DNA of 64,000 nucleotides from an uncultured Bdellovibrionales bacterium (GTDB lineage Bacteria; Patescibacteriota; Minisyncoccia; Moranbacterales; GWC2-37-73). The first letter of the stretch is position 1, and each line of letters begins with the position of its first letter. The translations under genes and the position numbers were made by a program. Of this stretch, positions 45,536 through 55,429 are shown in pieces. Where the stretch lies: contig CAZSTB010000004.1 in assembly GCA_964609855.1 (NCBI GenBank), positions 3,740 to 67,739 of the forward strand, read 5' to 3'. A model generated the notes under the pieces. The model was not told the origin of the DNA. It saw only the letters and a program-made list of their open reading frames with translations, and searched no databases.

Positions 45536-46906
45536 TTAGTTGCGCCATTCTTTGCCATACGATACCGTAGTACCGCAGCTTATTCCGCTTCCGATATCAT
45601 TGCCTCCCACATTTACTCTGTAACGAGCATTCAAACCCGCCTGGTTCAATCGGTCAACGAAGCGAAGTGCTTCGCTCTCATTACAGTCTCGAGGAAAATC
45701 CGGCAAGCAACCACGCGTTGCCAACATAATTTTCTGATCAATCATGTGCCAATCCTTGCAAAATTCAACAATCGCTTTTATATCTTTCTTACCATCATTT
45801 AAATCTTTTTTCAACATCCAGTTTAATGTCCAAGGGTTTGGAGACAGTATCTCCCTCGTTTCAAATAAACATTGGCTTTTCGTCATAGGTAATAGCCATG
45901 GGCGTATTACCTGATCAAATGAATGGACTGACAGATTTATTTTCACCGGCCTTCCTTCGAGACGCGGCAAAAACTTTTTCAAAACTGCATTATTTCCTAT
46001 CGTGGGAATTACGTGCTTAATATTCAGAAAAGCAGTTTGAGCAACTCCGTCAATCCGTTCCACGAACTTGCAGCTATTTTCCGGATTAAAAATAAAATCT
46101 CCTCCCACTGTTTGCAGAACCTTTATTTCCTGATCCATATAAGAAAGACTTTCAAGCGCCAAAGATGATTTGAGACCAGCTAAAAATTGTGCGCCCATCT
46201 CTGAATCAGTAAGCCTGATCGCTTTCCTATTTTTTCCGGTTCTACACATTCTGCACTCTCCAAAGCAACCAACCATATTTGAGATACAAATATTGATGAC
46301 TCTACGCGACTTCCCGGGCGGATAATAAACAATGGAGCGAACGCATGATGTCTTTCTTGCTCGCATAAGACGATAATCAATTTCCTCAAGTGATGTAGTC
46401 TGATAATCAAATTGCTTTCTAGCAATTTCAAGTAGCAGTTTTTGACTGAGGGGCGACAATTGATTTTCAATTTCTTCAATAATGTCGTTTCTAGTACTCT
46501 TCTGCTTTTTCAATAACCAAAGATCCAACACCGGCCTCGTCATTAAGCGCTCGGAATCCTGCTTTTCAATGCAGCGAAATCTGCCGTTCAGACTACGGTG
46601 CCAGCCCCCAATATCATTGGTCATTAGGCATAGGCAAGGTTCTCCATATTTTTCGGCAATTATTTCGAGTAATTCCACACCACGCTCATCGCGTTCCAGG
46701 TAATCATCAGCCAAAATGATATCGATTTTCCATTGCTTTAGCATCCGTAGCGCTTGCTTGGAATTTTTTGATACAAAAACCAGACAAGTCTTCTGGAACC
46801 ATAAAATAAGCTTGGATGAATGCTCCTCTTTCGTTACAATTAAGATTTTAGGTTTTTGATTGAATTCATCTCGCATTTTTATCTCCCTTGTTATGTATTT
46901 TTTCAA
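45536..46906 (-). CDS. Fusion protein: N-terminal receiver (REC)-like domain + RlmN/Cfr-family radical SAM RNA methyltransferase core
   Basis: REC-like block KILIVTKEE...IDIILADDYL...; rSAM block VYYPPGKSRRVINICISNMVGCFGECRMCRTG aligns with RlmN [29 protein letters not shown]; further RlmN-like blocks LSVHSFDQVIR, MLKKDLNDG, GSGISCG (RlmN AACGQL). Confidence 0.65.
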   Translation of the reverse strand: MKKYITREIKMRDEFNQKPKILIVTKEEHSSKLILWFQKTCLVFVSKNSKQALRMLKQWKIDIILADDYLERDERGVELLEIIAEKYGEPCLCLMTNDIGGWHRSLNGRFRCIEKQDSERLMTRPVLDLWLLKKQKSTRNDIIEEIENQLSPLSQKLLLEIARKQFDYQTTSLEEIDYRLMRARKTSCVRSIVYYPPGKSRRVINICISNMVGCFGECRMCRTGKNRKAIRLTDSEMGAQFLAGLKSSLALESLSYMDQEIKVLQTVGGDFIFNPENSCKFVERIDGVAQTAFLNIKHVIPTIGNNAVLKKFLPRLEGRPVKINLSVHSFDQVIRPWLLPMTKSQCLFETREILSPNPWTLNWMLKKDLNDGKKDIKAIVEFCKDWHMIDQKIMLATRGCLPDFPRDCNESEALRFVDRLNQAGLNARYRVNVGGNDIGSGISCGTTVSYGKEWRN

Positions 46907-47007
46907 ACAAAGTATGAACCAAAAACGGAGTTGAAATTTAGTTATTAAGGAACTGTCTCAATAGGAACCAGCTATAATATCATCATTCATTGTTATTGTC
47001 AATACCC

Positions 47008-48561
47008 TTATTTAGCATTCTTCGGAAGATACACGGAAAACATTGAACCTTCGCTGGGTGTACTCTCTACCTTAATTTCTCCACCATGACTATCCACAAC
47101 CCATCTACAGATTGACAGCCCCAAGCCACTGCCGCCTTCACTGCGAGACCTGGATTTGTCGGCGCGATAGAAGCGTTCAAACACATGCGGAAGATGTTCA
47201 GTCTCAATGCCAATTCCCCCATCTTTAACGCTGAAGGCAACTTCACTTCCCAGATCTTCTGTTTCAACATTTATCCAGCCACCAATCTTATTGTATCTTA
47301 TGGCGTTTTTTATTAAATTAAAAATCAGCTTTTCCAGCTTTTGTTCATCCGCCATCATTACAAGCTCAGTCTCCCCCGCGAATGAGATTTTAACTTTTTT
47401 TTCTTGAGCGATTATACTTAAAGCCTTGCAAGCGTTACGAATTTTCTCATTCAAATCAATCTGACGATATTCTAAATGCTGCTTGAGCGAATCTGAATTA
47501 GCCAGCAAGGAAAGATCTGTCATCATGATAGATATTCTGCTTATTTCTTCCAATATCTGATGATAGGCTTCATTATTTTCTTTCTTGATTCCACTATCGA
47601 TTTCCAACTGCCTGACAGAAAGCTCCAAATTGCACTGGATAATAGCCATTGCGGTTCTGAGCTCATGAGAAACATCCGCCATAAAAGTTGATTTGAGATT
47701 CAAAACCTTATTCAATTCAGCATTCGTGCGATCTAATTCAAGGGTCCTTTGCTCAACTTTTTTCTCCAAATTATCGTTTAATTTCTGAAGCTTGTTTTTT
47801 GAAACAATGAGTTCCGTATTATCCACGGCCATAGAAAGTGCGCCTTCAATTTCTCCCTTTTCATCGCGCAGCGGTACAGCGATTATTTTAAGATATTTTT
47901 CCCCTAGCGCGTTTTTTTCAAAGCATTTATCTTTTATTATCTCCTTCCCATCTGTAAGAAGTTTTTTGTAGTCTTCAACAAGATTTTCTCGAATAAAAAA
48001 TTCACTAGAAAATATATTTTTCTTTCGAAAATCTTTAGTACTAGATAAGCTATGGAAATATTTGTTAGCTGAAGTCATGAAACCATCTTTATCTATGGTT
48101 ATCATGCTAATCGGCGCATTATCTAAAATTTTATGATGAAGCTGGCTCATGCGCTTATTTTCCTCAGAAATTTCACCCTTAGCAGCTCCAGCAGCTCGAG
48201 TCTTTTTACGGTTCAGCAGATTATCTATTCGCCTACTCAATTCTTCCAGAGAAAAGGGCTTGAGCATGTAATCATTAGCGCCAGCTTTCATTCCAATCAT
48301 CCGATCCTTAGCTGTATCGCGCGCCGTAAGCATGATAATCGGAGTTTTAATCTTTAAGCTACGTAATTGCTTGCAGATTTCTATGCCATCCATCTTGGGT
48401 AGCATCAGATCAAGGATTATCAGATCGTAACCCCCCTTTTTACTCATTTCAAAACCTCTCTTGCCGTCAAAAGCCAAATCTACTTCAAACTTTTCCATTT
48501 CAAGGCCTTTTTTGAGTAAATTTGCAATCTTAAGCTCGTCTTCAATTATCAATATTTTCAT
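47008..48561 (-). CDS. Hybrid two-component protein: REC + PAS + HisKA + HATPase_c
   Basis: N-terminal CheY-like domain (ILIIEDE...LIILDLMLP...KP), central PAS-like region, H-box SHELRTAMAII, C-terminal G-boxes. Confidence 0.85.
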   Translation of the reverse strand: MKILIIEDELKIANLLKKGLEMEKFEVDLAFDGKRGFEMSKKGGYDLIILDLMLPKMDGIEICKQLRSLKIKTPIIMLTARDTAKDRMIGMKAGANDYMLKPFSLEELSRRIDNLLNRKKTRAAGAAKGEISEENKRMSQLHHKILDNAPISMITIDKDGFMTSANKYFHSLSSTKDFRKKNIFSSEFFIRENLVEDYKKLLTDGKEIIKDKCFEKNALGEKYLKIIAVPLRDEKGEIEGALSMAVDNTELIVSKNKLQKLNDNLEKKVEQRTLELDRTNAELNKVLNLKSTFMADVSHELRTAMAIIQCNLELSVRQLEIDSGIKKENNEAYHQILEEISRISIMMTDLSLLANSDSLKQHLEYRQIDLNEKIRNACKALSIIAQEKKVKISFAGETELVMMADEQKLEKLIFNLIKNAIRYNKIGGWINVETEDLGSEVAFSVKDGGIGIETEHLPHVFERFYRADKSRSRSEGGSGLGLSICRWVVDSHGGEIKVESTPSEGSMFSVYLPKNAK

Positions 48562-48646
48562 AATTTTAAAAGGCTATAAAAAACTGAGCATTTTTAATCT
48601 AAATGCCATTGAATAATTAACTGGATACTATACATCAATATTAATT

Positions 48647-48671
48647 AAAAAGCAACCCCTCCCGGAGTTGC
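48647..48671 (-). terminator. Hairpin GCAACCCCTCCCGGAGTTGC followed by a U-run (minus strand) 3' of the sigma-factor gene
   Basis: Seen directly. Confidence 0.5.
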
Positions 48672-48694
48672 TGACAAATTAAACTAAACACCGC

Positions 48695-49402
48695 TTATGG
48701 GAGCTTGAAATCAATTGGCTGCTCTTGCTGCTGCACAACTTCAAGTAATTTTCTTTTAGCGCGATTAATCAATGTCCCGACCGTGTTAACAGGTTTTCCC
48801 AAAATTTTACTAATATCCTCATAAGAATGCTCCTTAAAATACCTCAAATGCAGCGCGCGTTGGTATTTTTCAGGGAGTTTTTCCATCGCCTGCTTTATTT
48901 CCCTGGAAATTTCTTCCTGCATCCATTTATCCTCATAAGACTCATCGTTAGCGGCAGTCTCCAACTTATCCTTGCTCGTCACCACCTCGTCCCATGAAAC
49001 GGTATAGCGCTTACTTTTGCGCTTGAGAAAATTTACCGACTCATTATGTGCTATTCGATATATCCAAGAAGAAAATTTTCTGGTCGTATCAAAATATTCG
49101 ATGTTCTTAAAAGTCTTTAAAAATACAGCTTGCAGGATATCCTCTGTTTCGTCGCGATTACCAACCAGATGAAATATGTAAGTAAAAAGTTTTTTTTGAT
49201 ATCGAAGATGCAATTCTGCGCAAGCAAAACTGCTGTTTTTTCTCACGAGTGCAATTAGTTGACCGTCATCAAGCTGGGTAAATTCTTGAACATCTACCTT
49301 TCCGCCAAGCAAGGGACTGAATAATAGTTCATTCTTAGTCTTATTGCCATTGGAAATTTTCAACTGCATATTCGCTGCTTTTTTTTGCGTCTTGATTTTC
49401 AT
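48695..49402 (-). CDS. RNA polymerase sigma-70 family factor, ECF-like (regions 2 and 4)
   Basis: Region 2 (DILQAVFLKTFKNIEYFD...SWIYRIAHN) and region 4 HTH (YEDISKILGKPVNTVGTLINRAKRKL). Confidence 0.75.
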   Translation of the reverse strand: MKIKTQKKAANMQLKISNGNKTKNELLFSPLLGGKVDVQEFTQLDDGQLIALVRKNSSFACAELHLRYQKKLFTYIFHLVGNRDETEDILQAVFLKTFKNIEYFDTTRKFSSWIYRIAHNESVNFLKRKSKRYTVSWDEVVTSKDKLETAANDESYEDKWMQEEISREIKQAMEKLPEKYQRALHLRYFKEHSYEDISKILGKPVNTVGTLINRAKRKLLEVVQQQEQPIDFKLP

Positions 49403-49574
49403 AACTTCATATTAAGATTAATTTATTAATGCCCGTATCACTTAGCTGTTGAGCTTAGTCATACATTATGCATTAACAATCATTAAGATATGATTAAGTT
49501 ACAAAGTATCAGTATTACTTGCTTTATTTTGCCATTTGTGCTATACTAGTAGGTTAATTAGTTGCTCAATATCT

Positions 49575-50249
49575 ATGAAGATTCTTATCGTTGAAGACCA
49601 GGAAAAATTAGCCAAACTCATTCAAAAGGGGCTTATTCTTGAGGGTTTTAGTGCTGATTACGTTCTGGACGGCGAAGAGGCCGCAAATCGCATTGCGGTT
49701 CATCATAGCGAGTATGATCTTATTATTCTGGATTACATGTTGCCCAATAAAAGCGGCCTGGAGATTTGCAGTCAAACAAGAGAAAGAAAAATTGCGATTC
49801 CGATTCTCATGTTAACCGGCAAAGATGCCTTGCCTGACATTACAGCTGGTTTAAATTCCGGCGCTGATGACTATCTCACTAAACCTTTTTCCTTTGACGA
49901 ACTAGTTGCCAGAATTAGAGCCATTTTACGCAGACCAAAAATAACTCTGCCATCCACGCTACAGATTAAACATGTTCAACTCGATCCTCTTGCTAAAATT
50001 GTCACCTGCAATAAAAAACTTGTAAGCTTAACTCTACGAGAATTCAGCCTCTTGGAATATTTAATGCGTCATGGCGACGAAGCACTTTCACGCGAAACCA
50101 TTCTTTCTGGCGTATGGGATTTTGCGTTTGATTCATTCGCTAATGTCGTAGATGTACATATTGCCAATTTAAGAAAAAAACTTGGAGATCTTGATGGTAA
50201 GATAATTGAGACAGTGCGTGGTATCGGATATAAGATGAATACAAAATAA
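49575..50249 (+). CDS. OmpR/PhoB-family response regulator (REC + winged helix)
   Basis: MKILIVEDQ...LIILDYMLP...ADDYLTKPF receiver; C-terminal LTLREFSLLEYL...VRGIGYKM wHTH; start set at internal Met 49575. Confidence 0.85.
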   Translation: MKILIVEDQEKLAKLIQKGLILEGFSADYVLDGEEAANRIAVHHSEYDLIILDYMLPNKSGLEICSQTRERKIAIPILMLTGKDALPDITAGLNSGADDYLTKPFSFDELVARIRAILRRPKITLPSTLQIKHVQLDPLAKIVTCNKKLVSLTLREFSLLEYLMRHGDEALSRETILSGVWDFAFDSFANVVDVHIANLRKKLGDLDGKIIETVRGIGYKMNTK

Positions 50250-50402
50250 AAGGTATCAACCCCTGAGCAAGCCCCGAACCTTCTGGGTTTCCGCGGCCCG
50301 TCTCGCCCGAGGCTTGCCGAGGTGGACCCGTCTCGCCTGACGCTCGGGTAGGCAGCGAAACAAAAATTCATTTTCGTTTCGCTCGACTTCGTTTGAAGAT
50401 AA
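50243..50402. repeat. GC-rich repeat, family C copy C2
   Basis: See 43335-43558; the two overlapping long ORFs over it (50069..50407 and 43303..43506) share translated sequence only because of the repeat. Confidence 0.8.
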
Positions 50403-50496
50403 GCCAAGTATATTCAAAAACCCCTTAGCACAAGGGGCTTTTATTTATAAAGGGATGAGTTCCTTTGGCTTTTAAGACCTTTCTCGCTCTACTTCA

Positions 50497-51861
50497 TCAG
50501 ATAAACGGGATGAATTTCCTCACTTTTTCCATCACCTTTCCTAGCGCATCTTCAGAGGCCATAATGATCGGATTCATAAACGGCCAAGGTGTCATGCTGG
50601 GATGCGCGATATAATTGAATTTCAACATCTTTAGGATATTTAATCTCAGACCGATTGCAAAACTTGCCAACTCTGCTGAAGCAATCACTCCGCTTCCAAA
50701 TGCTTCATATCCCACCAGACGCATTGTTGGTCCAGCAAAAATAAGTTTCACTTCAAGCGGTTTATGTTTTTTCAAATCCTTATAAATATCCGTAACCTCA
50801 GCTTTTCCAGTAAAGACTAATCTAAATCTATTTCTTGCTTCATCTTCAGTTAAACCCACGCATGCAAATTCCTTATCTAAAGTTTGAAATGCAAACGCCC
50901 CAGTTGAACCGTTATATGAAATTGGAAATCCAGCGATCTGAAATCCGACAATCTTAGCTTGTTGAATCGCACTACTAGCAAGTTGACTTGGTCTGAATTC
51001 GCCTGTAGGTGCAAACTTTGGCACACAACAATCTCCACAGGCAAAAACGCTGCGCACGTTCGTTCGCATGTTTTTATCCACGATGACTCCGCGCTCATCG
51101 TATTTTATTTTTGTTCCATGCAGTATCTCAGTATTCGCAATAACGCCAGTCGCTAAAACCACCACATCAGTTTCGATTTTCTGCCACATGCCTTTTTCGC
51201 GTGTGGATACTTCTTTCCTGCTGCCTGCAATATCTTTTATTTCAATAGCTGCGCAATTAAATCTCACGTTAATACCATTATCTTCCAGGTGGGAAATAAT
51301 TTTCTTGGCATATTCTTGACTTGCAATATTGGAACTTATGGCGGGCGCATATTCTATGAGACTTACCTCCAACCCTTTTTGCCTTAGGGCTCCTGCCATT
51401 TCAATCCCGATAACTCCCGCACCGATCACTACCGCGTTCTTGGCAGTTTTTGTTATTTCCAAAATGCTGCCAGCATCATCACTTGTTCTGACTGTATGGA
51501 TATTTTTCCCGTAAATCCCCTTTATTTCTGGCTTAACCGGGGATGCGCCAGTTGCGATTACCAAATAATCATAATCGAAAATATTGCCGGAATCTGTTGT
51601 TACCTGCTTTTTTCGCGTATTGATGTTGACCGCTCGTTGATGAATAACTTCAACGCCATAATCGCCTGCCATACTATCAGGCTGAATTGCATCTTTTATT
51701 TTGGCCTCCCCTGTTATCACATAGGGGGTTGTGCAGCGGCAATAAATATCTTTTTCTTCCGACAATGCAATTGCAGAAAATTTTCCTTTCTTGAGTTGAC
51801 TAGCGACAATTCCACTGAACATTCCTGCTCCACCGCATCCGATTGAAACTATTTTTTTCAT
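50497..51861 (-). CDS. FAD-dependent pyridine nucleotide-disulfide oxidoreductase (NADH oxidase / CoA-disulfide reductase-like)
   Basis: Two Rossmann GxGxxG motifs (VSIGCGGAG; VVIGAGVIGIEMAG), ATGASP motif; start set at MKKIVSIG. Confidence 0.8.
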   Translation of the reverse strand: MKKIVSIGCGGAGMFSGIVASQLKKGKFSAIALSEEKDIYCRCTTPYVITGEAKIKDAIQPDSMAGDYGVEVIHQRAVNINTRKKQVTTDSGNIFDYDYLVIATGASPVKPEIKGIYGKNIHTVRTSDDAGSILEITKTAKNAVVIGAGVIGIEMAGALRQKGLEVSLIEYAPAISSNIASQEYAKKIISHLEDNGINVRFNCAAIEIKDIAGSRKEVSTREKGMWQKIETDVVVLATGVIANTEILHGTKIKYDERGVIVDKNMRTNVRSVFACGDCCVPKFAPTGEFRPSQLASSAIQQAKIVGFQIAGFPISYNGSTGAFAFQTLDKEFACVGLTEDEARNRFRLVFTGKAEVTDIYKDLKKHKPLEVKLIFAGPTMRLVGYEAFGSGVIASAELASFAIGLRLNILKMLKFNYIAHPSMTPWPFMNPIIMASEDALGKVMEKVRKFIPFI

Positions 51862-52028
51862 AATTCTTGAATGAATACTTATCTTTCTTAAACATTTTAA
51901 CATTTAGTCATTAAGATTACCAATCTACATGGCAAAAATATTTTTGTTTTAAATTTTAATAACAGCTTTAAGTTTTTAAACAAAAAACATCTTCTTGCGA
52001 AGATGTTTTTTAGCCACAAGATTTATCC

Positions 52029-52961
52029 CTATTCTCCGTGCGCTATCTTACCTAGCAATGAATCCAGATCCTCCTGGGAATAAAATTCGATTACGATCTT
52101 TCCTCCATCGCCTGCCTTAGAAATTTTCACCTTAGTTCCCAGTGCTTCCACTAAAGTGTTCTCGAGAGCTTTCATTTGAGGGTCACTTCCAGCCTTTCGC
52201 TGATATGATTTCACGGAAGTTTCCTTTGCGCGCTCCTCTACCTGGCGCACGGTAAGATTATTACTCAAAATCATTTCATACATAGCGCGTTGTTTTTCCG
52301 CATTAGAAAGAGATAGAATCGCTTTCGCATGTCCTTCGGTTATCTTTCCATCTATCAAACCTTTTTGAACCTCAATAGGCAGCGTAAGCAGACGCATTTT
52401 GTTAGCAACTAATGAGCGGCTTTTCCCCATCTTTGTTGCCACTTCTTCTTGTGTCATCTGAAATTCATCAGCAAGCTTCTGATAAGCTTTTCCTTCTTCA
52501 ATTGCATTAAGGTCATGTCGCTGAATATTTTCAATGATTGCAAGCTCCAATTTTTGCAGTTCGTCAGCTTCTCGAATAATAACAGGCACTTTCTTGAGTC
52601 CAACTCTCTTGGAAGCTTGAAAACGACGCTCACCAGCGATCAATTCATAATGATTGCCTTTCCTGCTGACAATCAAGGGCTGGATAATTCCGTGCATTTT
52701 GATAGATTGAGCAAGACTTTCAAGTTTCTCATCATCAAAAGTATGGCGAGGCTGCATAGGATTTGCGACAATCTGATTGACATCAACTTCAATCACGTAA
52801 CTATCACCCCTGATAACTTCGTCATTATTTTTAACCATTGGACGCGCAACCGCTACTGTGTCTTGAACCTGACTATCTTGAGCAGATGTTGCTTGTGTGT
52901 CTACTTGTTTATTTGGAATAAGCGACGAAAGTCCTCTTCCTAGACCGTATTGTTGGGACAT
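52029..52961 (-). CDS. parB: Chromosome partitioning protein ParB/Spo0J
   Basis: ParB box GIIQPLIVSRKGNHYELIAGERRFQASKRVGLKKVPVIIR and HTH. Confidence 0.85.
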   Translation of the reverse strand: MSQQYGLGRGLSSLIPNKQVDTQATSAQDSQVQDTVAVARPMVKNNDEVIRGDSYVIEVDVNQIVANPMQPRHTFDDEKLESLAQSIKMHGIIQPLIVSRKGNHYELIAGERRFQASKRVGLKKVPVIIREADELQKLELAIIENIQRHDLNAIEEGKAYQKLADEFQMTQEEVATKMGKSRSLVANKMRLLTLPIEVQKGLIDGKITEGHAKAILSLSNAEKQRAMYEMILSNNLTVRQVEERAKETSVKSYQRKAGSDPQMKALENTLVEALGTKVKISKAGDGGKIVIEFYSQEDLDSLLGKIAHGE

Positions 52962-53092
52962 AAACTTATTAATTTTAAATTCTAAATTTTAAATTTAAAA
53001 TGAATGATAAATGAACAAATGTTCAAAATCATTTAGCATTTTAGAATTAAAAATTGATTTAAAATTTCAAATTTAAAATTTAAAATTTTTAT

Positions 53093-53893
53093 TTATACTG
53101 TAAGATTTTTCTTTATTTCCGCAGCTTCGGCGTCGTCCCTTTCAATCATTTCTTTAACAAGATTTTTATATGACCTGGCACCTTTGGAAAGACTATCAAA
53201 ACTCAAAATAGATTTTCCATAGCTTGGAGCTTCCGCAAGTCTGACGCTGCGCGGAATCACACTATCAAAAACATGGCCAGGAAAATGATCGCGCATTTCC
53301 TTTACTACCTGCCTTGCCAACCGATTTCTTCTGTCATACATAGTCAGCACAGCGCCCATAATTTTCAGATTTGGCTGCAAGTGCTTCTGCACAAGCTCAA
53401 TCGTCTCTAGAAGTTGACTAAGGCCTTCGAGCGCATAATATTCAGTTTGCACAGGAATCAGCACTGCATCACTGGCAACGAGTCCATTTATAGTCAGCAG
53501 TCCCAAGCTCGGCGGAGAATCGATTATAATATAATCATAGTCACTTCTTATCTGTCTTAATACATCATATAACTTGAATTCTCGATTTTCAAAATGGACC
53601 ATCTCCACACCCGCTCCAGCTAAGTCCTGCGAAGACGGCAAAAGGTCATGCCCGGAATTTTCTGCACGAATAATTACATTCCTAGGATGCTCGCCACTAA
53701 CCAAGGTATGATAAAGACCCTTTTCAAGACTACGGATATCAATACCGAGACCAGAAGAAGCATTTCCTTGTGGATCAAGGTCTACCAATAAAGCTTTTTT
53801 TCCAAAATTAGCCAAATAAGTGGCGATGTTAATAGCGGTGGTAGTTTTACCAACTCCTCCTTTCTGATTTATAAGCGAAATTATTTTAGCCAT
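53093..53893 (-). CDS. parA: Chromosome partitioning ATPase ParA/Soj
   Basis: Deviant Walker A KGGVGKTTTAINIATYLA. Confidence 0.9.
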   Translation of the reverse strand: MAKIISLINQKGGVGKTTTAINIATYLANFGKKALLVDLDPQGNASSGLGIDIRSLEKGLYHTLVSGEHPRNVIIRAENSGHDLLPSSQDLAGAGVEMVHFENREFKLYDVLRQIRSDYDYIIIDSPPSLGLLTINGLVASDAVLIPVQTEYYALEGLSQLLETIELVQKHLQPNLKIMGAVLTMYDRRNRLARQVVKEMRDHFPGHVFDSVIPRSVRLAEAPSYGKSILSFDSLSKGARSYKNLVKEMIERDDAEAAEIKKNLTV

Positions 53894-54112
53894 AACAAAA
53901 AGTAAAATTTGAAATTTTAAATTTGAAATTTTAAATCAAATCCAAATAACCAAATAAGTAAATTTAAAAGCACGTCATGCAAATGCCGACAGGCACACAT
54001 TCATTGTAAATTAAAAATTGAAAATTGAAAATTCCGCGTGCAATCACGTGGGTTTATTGTATCACATTGACAAAATGCTTTCAAATGGATAAACTAGGGT
54101 AGTTGGAATAAT

Positions 54113-54196
54113 GCCGCGGTGGTGGAACTGGTAGACGCACTGGACTCAAAATCCAGCGATGGCAACATCATGGGAGTTCGAGTCTCCCCCGCGGCA
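54113..54196 (+). tRNA. tRNA-Leu (anticodon CAA) with long variable arm
   Basis: Acceptor stem GCCGCGG/CCGCGGC, D-arm TGGTAGA, anticodon stem-loop CTGGA-CTCAAAA-TCCAG, long variable arm, T-arm GGGAGTTCGAGTCTCCC. Confidence 0.8.
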
Positions 54197-54204
54197 CAAG
54201 CGAG

Positions 54205-54226
54205 ACAGGATTTATCCTGTTTTTTG
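54205..54226 (+). terminator. Rho-independent terminator after tRNA-Leu (ACAGGA-TTTA-TCCTGT + TTTTTT); second hairpin at 54262-54285
   Basis: Seen directly. Confidence 0.7.
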
Positions 54227-54373
54227 TTACCCAGGGGAGATGTTTCCTCGCGGCACAATAAAACAGGGGTTACCCTGTTTTATACTATTATAAGAGGCTA
54301 CATAAAATGGATTATCTCGCCACAACAAGAAAAATCAAGAAACCCACATAGACATGCCGGTTCCGTTTCAAAG

Positions 54374-55330
54374 CTATTTTTTCTTCGCAAGCTTAATTAT
54401 CCTAGCTCGAGGTTTCACCATCTGACGTACGGCTTGCTTTTGCTCGCTCATCTTTTTAGCATTTCTTATTGAGCGAAAATTTTTAAATATTCTTTTCATT
54501 AAAAAAATCAAAAGTCCCAGCAATCCAAACAATAGCAAGACTTTTATCATGATAACAATCCAGAGATTATTCCTCATTCCAAGACCAGTATAGTCAGATC
54601 GCACAATACCTCCAGGCACCATATTTTGATAACCCTGAGAGATTACTTTTTCTTTTCTATTTTGTTCGACAAAAATAACTTTTATATATGCTTTATCTTG
54701 AGCGAAAGTAGGTTGTGGATAAATCATTGATTTTGGAGATGCGGAAATTTCACTTCTTTCAGTTAAAGAAGCTGACTCTGAGCTACCACTTTCATCTGCT
54801 TGCACTTCATCATTGCTTATAGCTGGTTCCATCATAGGATAAGCCACCATTGGAGGAATTTGCCTGGTAGATTCTTGAATTATTTCACTGGCAATGTTTT
54901 TTAAGTCGCTTACAGTAGTTTCAAATTTTTCTACTGGAATCTGAATTACAATAGAACCATTTTTAATCCGATCAGAAGCATGTGCAATAAGGGTTTCATG
55001 AACTGCACCATTATTTTTTTCTACAATACCAGCAATCTGCTTCTGCGTGTTTTCAATGCTTTCAACCGTAATCGCCAACTCTCCACTCTTCAGCGCATCT
55101 TGCGGAGGATAAAACTGCGAACCATCCAGCGATGTAGGATATAAATATGCAGTCCTAGTCGAACTCATCATTCCTCCATCATAGCCTCGGGAACGTGCTT
55201 GAAACTTCTGATGCACACCAAGTATTCCGACAATAATCGACGTGACTGCCAGCACTAGCAGAGCGAAACCGCTAACAAGCAGTATCCTCCTGTTAATAAA
55301 TGCTTTTTTTATTGAAGACTTTTTTTCCAT
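54374..55330 (-). CDS. Hypothetical membrane-anchored protein (N- and C-terminal TM segments)
   Basis: Hydropathy only. Confidence 0.4.
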   Translation of the reverse strand: MEKKSSIKKAFINRRILLVSGFALLVLAVTSIIVGILGVHQKFQARSRGYDGGMMSSTRTAYLYPTSLDGSQFYPPQDALKSGELAITVESIENTQKQIAGIVEKNNGAVHETLIAHASDRIKNGSIVIQIPVEKFETTVSDLKNIASEIIQESTRQIPPMVAYPMMEPAISNDEVQADESGSSESASLTERSEISASPKSMIYPQPTFAQDKAYIKVIFVEQNRKEKVISQGYQNMVPGGIVRSDYTGLGMRNNLWIVIMIKVLLLFGLLGLLIFLMKRIFKNFRSIRNAKKMSEQKQAVRQMVKPRARIIKLAKKK

Positions 55331-55429
55331 ATTTATTTTATATTTGTTTAAGTATAGCCGCTTAAATTATAACATAAATAAGAGAAAAGGGTAATCAAGA
55401 TTGACTACCCTTTTTGGTAAAATTTCAAA

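Noticed and set aside
54119-54472. 117-aa plus-strand ORF
   Set aside because: It starts inside tRNA-Leu and runs through the two terminator hairpins; it is an artefact of the tRNA/terminator region.
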